A stretch of 29,157 nucleotides of DNA from Planctomycetota bacterium (GTDB lineage Bacteria; Planctomycetota; GCA-002687715; DRQF01), in assembly GCA_027001995.1 (NCBI GenBank), contig JALTLO010000079.1, positions 31,290 through 60,446 on the forward strand, given 5' to 3'. Every line of letters starts with the position of its first letter. Position 1 is the first letter of the stretch. Both the position numbers and the translations under genes were made by a program. The notes beneath the pieces were generated by a model. It ran no database searches. It was not told where the DNA came from and worked only from the letters and a program-made list of their open reading frames with translations. Positions 23,375-29,157 of the stretch are shown here, one piece after another.

Positions 23375-25244
23375 TGTTGTCACCAGTCTCTGCTGGAATT
23401 CGAAACAGCATCGTCGTACCTCCGTTTCCAGTTTTCAAGATCTTCAGAGTCCCTTGGGCCCGTTCAGTTGCAATCTTTGCGATATGAAGCCCCAAACCCG
23501 TCCCTGTCCCTTGTCGGGCCAAAGCATGCTCACCCCGGTAGAAGCGATCGAAAACCCGAACCTGATCATCTTTCGGGATTCCTGGGCCTTGATCCGATAC
23601 GGCAATCTCGACTTGATCATCTTTCACTTGAGCTAAAATCTCAACACACCCAGCTTCCGGGCTAAATGCCAAAGCATTCTCCACCACATTGTCCAATCCG
23701 TCCGCCAATGACGTGGCATCACCACGAATGAAAGGAAGCTCGCCGCGAATGCTCAACCGAAGCCGGAGGCCGCGGAGTGAGGCCGTCTCCTGCCATTGCT
23801 CCAACCGCGCCAACAAGACCTGCTTGAGGTCGATCGTAACCGAAACGAATTCGGTCTTGTCCAAACGAGCCTCCCCCATGATGTGATGAAGGAAATGACC
23901 AAGACGAGTTGATTCACGGATCAAGATATCCAGCATTCGTCGGCGCTCCCTTTCATCATCCACATGATCTCCCGCCAACGTTTCTGCGAACAGCCGAAGA
24001 TTGGCCACAGGGGTCTTAAGTTGATGGGAAACGTTGGCCAGAAACCCGCTTTTGGCAGTCAAAGCCCGGCGATGTTCAGCCAGGGATTTTTGCTCCCTCA
24101 CCCAACCGAACCGCAAGATTCCTAAACCAAAAAGAACAAACGTCGCCACAAGCGCACTACGCCAGGGAAAAACCCGCGGCGTCGCTTCATGGGTGAAAGC
24201 CAAGAGAAGTCCTCCCCCTGCGCTCCCCAATGAAAAGGTTTGCTGGTCTTTGTTTTGCGGTGATCTGAGCAAGCAGAATTTATTGACTTCGTCAGCCTCT
24301 ATGAGTTTTCCAAGGGCATGCCGATGTCGAGATTGGAGTCCGTGGAATTCGATTCTCTCTTTCTCTTTGTTTTCCTCAGCCCACCAAACGAAGTGGAGCC
24401 GACCCTGACTCGACCCAAGGGCGCCAGCGACTATGTCAGTCTTGGCGAAGTCTTCGCCCATGAGAAGAGACCGCAATCGCAGACTGTCAAGTTTATCGTT
24501 GATGCTATTCTGAATGTCCTTTCGCAAATCAGGAGAGATTGGCTTGAGCAGGGAGGCGATCTCTTGGAGCCAAAGGTATGCTGGGTCCCGGGGCTCAGAA
24601 AGAACAGGAAGTAAAGTAGAGATGGCGACCTTCACCAGGCGTCGTTGCCCTTCTTGCGAATCCATTTCAGGAGCACAACGAATAAGAAGGTCTGCTATCA
24701 CTCCTTGAGGAAGGAAGGTTAGCGAATCATGAGACAAGAGTGGAATTCGAGTTTTCTTGGCTTCAATCGAACGCCCATCTTTGTCAAGCAGATTGGCCAA
24801 GTGGTATTGCAAAAGCGCTTGGGTCGGATTCGAGAGGTTCTTTGGAGCCTGAGCTATTTTGGCGATGGCGTCATCGACTCGGGCAACATAGATGGCGGAC
24901 AGAACCCCCTGAAGAAAACTTCTTTCCGCCGATGAGACTTGCAGTAGAAAGTCATCGACCAAAAGAATTCCCCTCATCTCTGGGGTAACTATTCTGCCGC
25001 TTCGATCAATCACCGTTGACACAAAGGATTGAGGATCGTAGGAGGCACCAGTGCGAATCGCTATAATTTGGGCATCAAGCTGGGCCAGAAGAGAGCGCCC
25101 CGCTGCTTCCAATTCGAGCTCACGATTAGACTGGTACAAGGAGATCGCACGCTGCCTCTCTGTTTCGAAACTCCACCAAGAGAACGTCCCTAAGCTGAGA
25201 AATCCCAAGGTAAAGATAATCAGTCCTGTGTGCTTGCCGTTCAT
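23367..25244 (-). CDS. Membrane sensor histidine kinase (HisKA + HATPase_c), cognate of the OmpR-type regulator
   Basis: Two TMs flanking a large periplasmic domain; H-box NVSHQLKTP; N-box NVVENA; G boxes DQGPGI, FDRFYR, GTGLGL. Confidence 0.95.
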   Translation of the reverse strand: MNGKHTGLIIFTLGFLSLGTFSWWSFETERQRAISLYQSNRELELEAAGRSLLAQLDAQIIAIRTGASYDPQSFVSTVIDRSGRIVTPEMRGILLVDDFLLQVSSAERSFLQGVLSAIYVARVDDAIAKIAQAPKNLSNPTQALLQYHLANLLDKDGRSIEAKKTRIPLLSHDSLTFLPQGVIADLLIRCAPEMDSQEGQRRLVKVAISTLLPVLSEPRDPAYLWLQEIASLLKPISPDLRKDIQNSINDKLDSLRLRSLLMGEDFAKTDIVAGALGSSQGRLHFVWWAEENKEKERIEFHGLQSRHRHALGKLIEADEVNKFCLLRSPQNKDQQTFSLGSAGGGLLLAFTHEATPRVFPWRSALVATFVLFGLGILRFGWVREQKSLAEHRRALTAKSGFLANVSHQLKTPVANLRLFAETLAGDHVDDERERRRMLDILIRESTRLGHFLHHIMGEARLDKTEFVSVTIDLKQVLLARLEQWQETASLRGLRLRLSIRGELPFIRGDATSLADGLDNVVENALAFSPEAGCVEILAQVKDDQVEIAVSDQGPGIPKDDQVRVFDRFYRGEHALARQGTGTGLGLHIAKIATERAQGTLKILKTGNGGTTMLFRIPAETGDNNA

Positions 25245-25314
25245 GGGACTCCACTATAGCAGGAGTTCCGATTGGGACCGCCTTATTCAGAAGAAGGTGG
25301 TCAGGCCGTCGACA

Positions 25315-25896
25315 TCATTGCCTTGGGGCGTACTTTTGCAACTTGCGCTGCAAAGAACGTCGATGAATCCCCAGTCGCCGGGCTGCTTCAGAGATGTTGT
25401 TGCCACAATCCGCCAAGACACGATTGATATGTTCCCACTCCACTCGGGCCAAACTGGGTGCCTTATAATCCACACTGCTTGGGTCCAGGGCTTCCCCTTC
25501 GCTGCGATCAAAAGCGGCGAGGATATCATCCACGTCGGCAGGTTTCGAAAGGTAGCTCAAAGCCCCTAACTTCACCGCATCAACTGCCGTGGCAATGCTG
25601 CCATAGCCAGTGAGCACCAGTACTTTCGTTGACGGATCGATGGCAATGAGGTCGCGCACAACTTCCAGACCGTTGCCATCGGGCATCTTCAAGTCGACAA
25701 TGGCATACTCGGGGGAATCTTTCTTGGCAGCGGCACATGCTTCCGTTCGTCCACCGGCAGCAGTGACTTCATAGCCTCGCTTGGTAAATGCCCGGGTCAA
25801 GCGGTCTCGCAACGCCGGATCATCGTCAACGATTAACAAAGTATGTGCCTCGAGTTTTCCGGCACCATCGGCGGCGTTCGTGATTGGCGTTGGCAT
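25315..25896 (-). CDS. regA: RegA/PrrA/ActR-family redox response regulator
   Basis: Receiver (IVDDD, VDLKMP, LTGYGSIATAV, KP) plus the diagnostic EWEHINRVL..NISEAARRLGIHRRSLQRKL Fis-type HTH. Confidence 0.93.
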   Translation of the reverse strand: MPTPITNAADGAGKLEAHTLLIVDDDPALRDRLTRAFTKRGYEVTAAGGRTEACAAAKKDSPEYAIVDLKMPDGNGLEVVRDLIAIDPSTKVLVLTGYGSIATAVDAVKLGALSYLSKPADVDDILAAFDRSEGEALDPSSVDYKAPSLARVEWEHINRVLADCGNNISEAARRLGIHRRSLQRKLQKYAPRQ

Positions 25897-25913
25897 GCTC
25901 TTGTCTTTCAGGA

Positions 25914-27299
25914 TTATGAGTCACTCGCAGGGTCTAGCTTGGCCGCCCCCGGGATTTCATCCAGATTCTGTTTCGAAAACAAAGGAATCGATGCTCGCAT
26001 CACTGTTCCTTTTGTTCCTGTTGTTATCAACTCAACAACACCACCCAAGCGTTCCACAACCGATCGGCTGAGATAGAGCCCCAGGCCCATTCCCCGGCCC
26101 GTGGATTTGGTGGTGAAAAATGGTTCAAACGCGCGGCTCGAGACCTCAGGGCTCATTCCTGTCCCATGATCGGTCACCAGTAAGATCATGTTATCTCCCT
26201 GACGCTCGATCGCCAACTTGACGTCGTGATCTCCCCGGCCAGCGTCTAAGGCGTTGGTCACCAGCCCCCTGAGGGCTCGTGTGAGGGCTTTTCGCGGAAA
26301 ACTGATCTTTTTGTCCAACAAATCATCCTCAATCTCGATTTGAGCTCGCTCACCATTGGGAATGGGATCGAGAATCCACTGGAGGAGCTCCCCGAGAGAT
26401 GCCTGGACCATAGGCTCCCCAGAAAGCTCTCCGGAATCCGCAGACATTTGCTCAAGAATATCGCGACAACGCTTCACTTGGGCGCGAATCAGGGCCACGT
26501 CGGCCACTGAATCTTGGTTGAGTCCCCTCGATGGATCGAGGTTTTCCAAATCATGCTGCAATTCACCGGCGGCAACAGCGATGGTTGAAAGTGGAGTCGA
26601 AAGCTCATGGGCCGCCCCCGCCGCTAGGGTGACCAAAGACTCGATGCGATCGTGGCGGGATTGTTTCAAGCGCACATTCACCAGATCTTGCTCACGCTTG
26701 GACAACTCCTCGTTAATGTGAACAACAAACCACGCTATGGTGAGGGCAACGGTGGAAAATGCCGCCAAGCCGCCCCAGTGCAAGAGATCATTGAGATCTT
26801 GGTGGGCACCGTGCTGCAGAAGTGATTCATGCTGAACAAAGACGAAACTGAAGCACAGCAAGCATTCCAAAGCCAATGCCCAGGCCCAAAAGGGGCGCAA
26901 GATGATCGCCGCCAAAACAACATGAACAAGATAGAAAATGGCGAAAGGATTCTCAGAACCGCCAGTGACATAGAGCAAGCCACTGAAGAGCACCACATCA
27001 AAGGCCATGATGGCCAAGAGTTCAGATTCGTTGAGAATGGCACTTTTGGAATCAGAATTCCGTGCCATGCCAAAGCGAATATGCAAGACCAGGTTGGTAA
27101 CAGCGGTCACCCCAACGATGACAACCAATTGCACAAAAGGAAGATCGGCTGACACCAGAGCGATCACAAAGGCAATCGTCAGCAATTGGCCAACAACCGC
27201 GGCCCAACGCAATTTGAGCAACCAACGATAGTTGATGCGAACCCGCTCTAAGGCGGTCAATGCCTCTTGTTCTTTAACCTGATCGAGATTCGGTGACAT
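25914..27299 (-). CDS. regB: RegB/PrrB/ActS-family redox-sensing histidine kinase
   Basis: LLKLRW N-terminus, ~6 TMs, quinone-binding GGSENPF, H-box AAHELSTPL, redox Cys in RCRDIL, GMGLGL; start placed at ATG 27299 (TATGAT 6 nt upstream). Confidence 0.92.
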   Translation of the reverse strand: MSPNLDQVKEQEALTALERVRINYRWLLKLRWAAVVGQLLTIAFVIALVSADLPFVQLVVIVGVTAVTNLVLHIRFGMARNSDSKSAILNESELLAIMAFDVVLFSGLLYVTGGSENPFAIFYLVHVVLAAIILRPFWAWALALECLLCFSFVFVQHESLLQHGAHQDLNDLLHWGGLAAFSTVALTIAWFVVHINEELSKREQDLVNVRLKQSRHDRIESLVTLAAGAAHELSTPLSTIAVAAGELQHDLENLDPSRGLNQDSVADVALIRAQVKRCRDILEQMSADSGELSGEPMVQASLGELLQWILDPIPNGERAQIEIEDDLLDKKISFPRKALTRALRGLVTNALDAGRGDHDVKLAIERQGDNMILLVTDHGTGMSPEVSSRAFEPFFTTKSTGRGMGLGLYLSRSVVERLGGVVELITTGTKGTVMRASIPLFSKQNLDEIPGAAKLDPASDS

Positions 27300-27409
27300 G
27301 GGCCGATCATATGAATTCCTTATGGGAAGCGATATGCCGTTTCCCACAATCTTCCATCAGAGGCCGTTTTTGAGGTCCAAGAGTCGTGGATGCCTCAAAA
27401 ATGGTTGAG

Positions 27410-28651
27410 TCACCCGGTGCTGAGCTCTTTCAGAACACCGCTGTCAGGACCTTCCCGAAGAAACTTGAGCGCCTCTTCCTGCAACTGACGGATGCGCTCA
27501 GAAGAAACTCCCAAAATGGCTCCAATCTCCCCCAACGTATGGGGTCGCTTGGTCTCGATGCCGAATCGCAGTCTGAGGATCTTCCTCAAGCGCTCCGGCA
27601 ACGTAGAGATGGAGCTCTTGACAAAATTGGAGAGGTCTAATCCCATCACCTTTTCGTCTGGCTGAGGAAGAACGCGGTCCGCTATCGTGTCAGCAAAACC
27701 ATGATCTTCTCCCGACCGGGCATTGTCGAGGCTGACCATGCCGCCCGTGACAGATGGATTCGACATCAACTTGGGGATCTTGTACTTCTTGCCTTGGTAA
27801 TTGACCACTTCGGGCATGGGTTTGTCGGCGTCATGCTCTTTGGCAACTTTGCGCAGCAGATGAGTGAGATGAACTGGCAGACGGATGATTCGGCTTTTTT
27901 CTTCCAAAGCCCGAATGACGCTCTGCTTGATCCAGAGGAATGCATAAGTCGAAAAGCGAACGCTGAATCGTTCGTTGAAAGATTCTGCCGCCCGCATCAG
28001 GCCAATATTGCCTTCTTGGATCAACTCATCGAATGTCATGGGGCCTGGGACATACTGCCAAGCCACCTTGAGCACCAACCGCAGATTGCGCTCAATCAGT
28101 GGTCGCCTCGTTTCATCGAATTTCGCCCGTGTCTGTGCTACACGCTCTGCCACAGAAGAACCGTGGACGGCGATGGCAGCGTCCCGATAGCGCTCCATGG
28201 GGCGAGGTCTAAAACCAATGAACAAAACAGATCGAACCAGACGGCGTGTGCGCCTGCGAAAGCGATATTGAAAGGGCCTTTTGCCGCTATAGCGGACAAA
28301 TTTTGAAAAAATCCCGTATAGCCGTTTCAGATGATCATCTGGACCAATTTGTCCTGGCTTGAGACGAGGTGGCCCTGGAATGAGAGAACTTCCGGCGATT
28401 TCTTCGCGGTTCCATTTCTGGATATCGCTCCAAACAGCCTCTAAGGCTGCTTCTGTGTGCATGTAGGACGTCGCCCACGCATCACGGTCCTGAACCAATT
28501 GGCTGAGCAAGGCTTTCTCTTCTGCCTTGGTGAGGAGCTTATGGGATTCAACATCCCGCATATAGAGGTCGAGGGGCTCCGTAGGTCTCGAGCGACCACG
28601 CCCACTACCTTTGATAGCTTTCTTTGACGTAAAGCTTTTGTCGTACGTCAT
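27410..28651 (-). CDS. Sigma-70 family RNA polymerase sigma factor (RpoD/RpoS-like, non-primary)
   Basis: Region 1.2 LDLYMRDV..LLT..EE; region 2 NLRLVLKVA..ELIQEGNIGLMRA..FSTYA.WIKQ; region 4 LRLRFG..TLGEIG..ERIRQ; no acidic region 1.1. Confidence 0.93.
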   Translation of the reverse strand: MTYDKSFTSKKAIKGSGRGRSRPTEPLDLYMRDVESHKLLTKAEEKALLSQLVQDRDAWATSYMHTEAALEAVWSDIQKWNREEIAGSSLIPGPPRLKPGQIGPDDHLKRLYGIFSKFVRYSGKRPFQYRFRRRTRRLVRSVLFIGFRPRPMERYRDAAIAVHGSSVAERVAQTRAKFDETRRPLIERNLRLVLKVAWQYVPGPMTFDELIQEGNIGLMRAAESFNERFSVRFSTYAFLWIKQSVIRALEEKSRIIRLPVHLTHLLRKVAKEHDADKPMPEVVNYQGKKYKIPKLMSNPSVTGGMVSLDNARSGEDHGFADTIADRVLPQPDEKVMGLDLSNFVKSSISTLPERLRKILRLRFGIETKRPHTLGEIGAILGVSSERIRQLQEEALKFLREGPDSGVLKELSTG

Positions 28652-28791
28652 TTATCTTCTTCCTATGCAAGATAAGCGGCAATTAAATAAGCCATTGCTT
28701 CTTAAAATAGCACTTTAGAATTTCTCTGCAAGTTGCGTTAGAATCGAAAAGAGAATTCTGAAAGTTTCCCCATACGATTGGGACGAAAATC

Positions 28792-29157
28792 ATGCATCTC
28801 GATACAACAACACGGGCCCGAGACAAAATCATCCTTCTTCTCAAAATGAAGGGCCCTTTGTCGTCCAGTAATATGTCTGAGCTATTAGAGATCACTTCGA
28901 TCGCCGTTCGACAGCATTTGCAAAGCCTCGAAAATGATGGCTTGGTCGCTCACATTCTCAAGAAGGGTAAAGTTGGTCGTCCAGCCCACATTTGGAGCTT
29001 GACGGAAAAGGCCAACGAACACTTCCCGGATAACCATAGTTTGCTGGCAACCCTTTTAGTCGACGGAATTCGTGAGAATTTTGGTGAAAGCGGCCTCAAA
29101 CAAGTCCTGGAATACGTGATCAAGACTCAATCCGAGACTGCTCGGTCTTTATTAGAC
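28792..29157 (+). CDS. Winged-helix transcriptional regulator, SufR/COG2345-like (partial, runs off window)
   Basis: Not in the ORF track; manual translation: MHLDTTTRARDKIILLLKMKGPLSSSNMSELLEITSIAVRQHLQSLENDGLVAHILKKGKVGRPAHIWSLTEKANEHFPDNHSLLA...; AVRQHL..LE.DGLV, GRP, W.LT and FP are typical of this family. Confidence 0.88.
   Translation, partial: MHLDTTTRARDKIILLLKMKGPLSSSNMSELLEITSIAVRQHLQSLENDGLVAHILKKGKVGRPAHIWSLTEKANEHFPDNHSLLATLLVDGIRENFGESGLKQVLEYVIKTQSETARSLLD

Noticed and set aside
1..29157. CRISPR arrays, tRNA/rRNA, transposases, integrases, prophage or defence genes
   Set aside because: No regularly spaced nucleotide repeats or diagnostic motifs seen; the GGxGCxGGx recurrences at 3.5-4.5 kb are coding repeats.

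Overview
Bacterial chromosomal window with about 18 probable CDS and no rRNA, tRNA, CRISPR or mobile element seen. The protein repertoire suggests Planctomycetota (inference only). From left to right: a minus-strand MacB/LolDE-type ABC operon (His-rich permease, truncated lipoprotein); a small hypothetical; two large secreted proteins (beta-helix protein, S8 peptidase); a kinase-RDD-pseudokinase-RDD membrane protein; an octaheme HAO-family cytochrome c with an internally duplicated His-bearing membrane partner; a MauG-like di-heme peroxidase; a secreted HEAT-repeat protein; a divergent metallophosphoesterase/sulfatase-like pair; an OmpR-type two-component system; RegB/RegA; an atypical sigma-70 factor; and a truncated SufR-like regulator. 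Best candidates for undescribed biology: (1) three unrelated secreted proteins end in a similar ~130-155 aa C-terminal module and have Gln at the predicted mature N-terminus, suggesting an export/sorting signal; (2) the reductive-type octaheme HAO plus putative heme-b membrane protein may form a compact quinol-driven redox module. Several genes also look leaderless.
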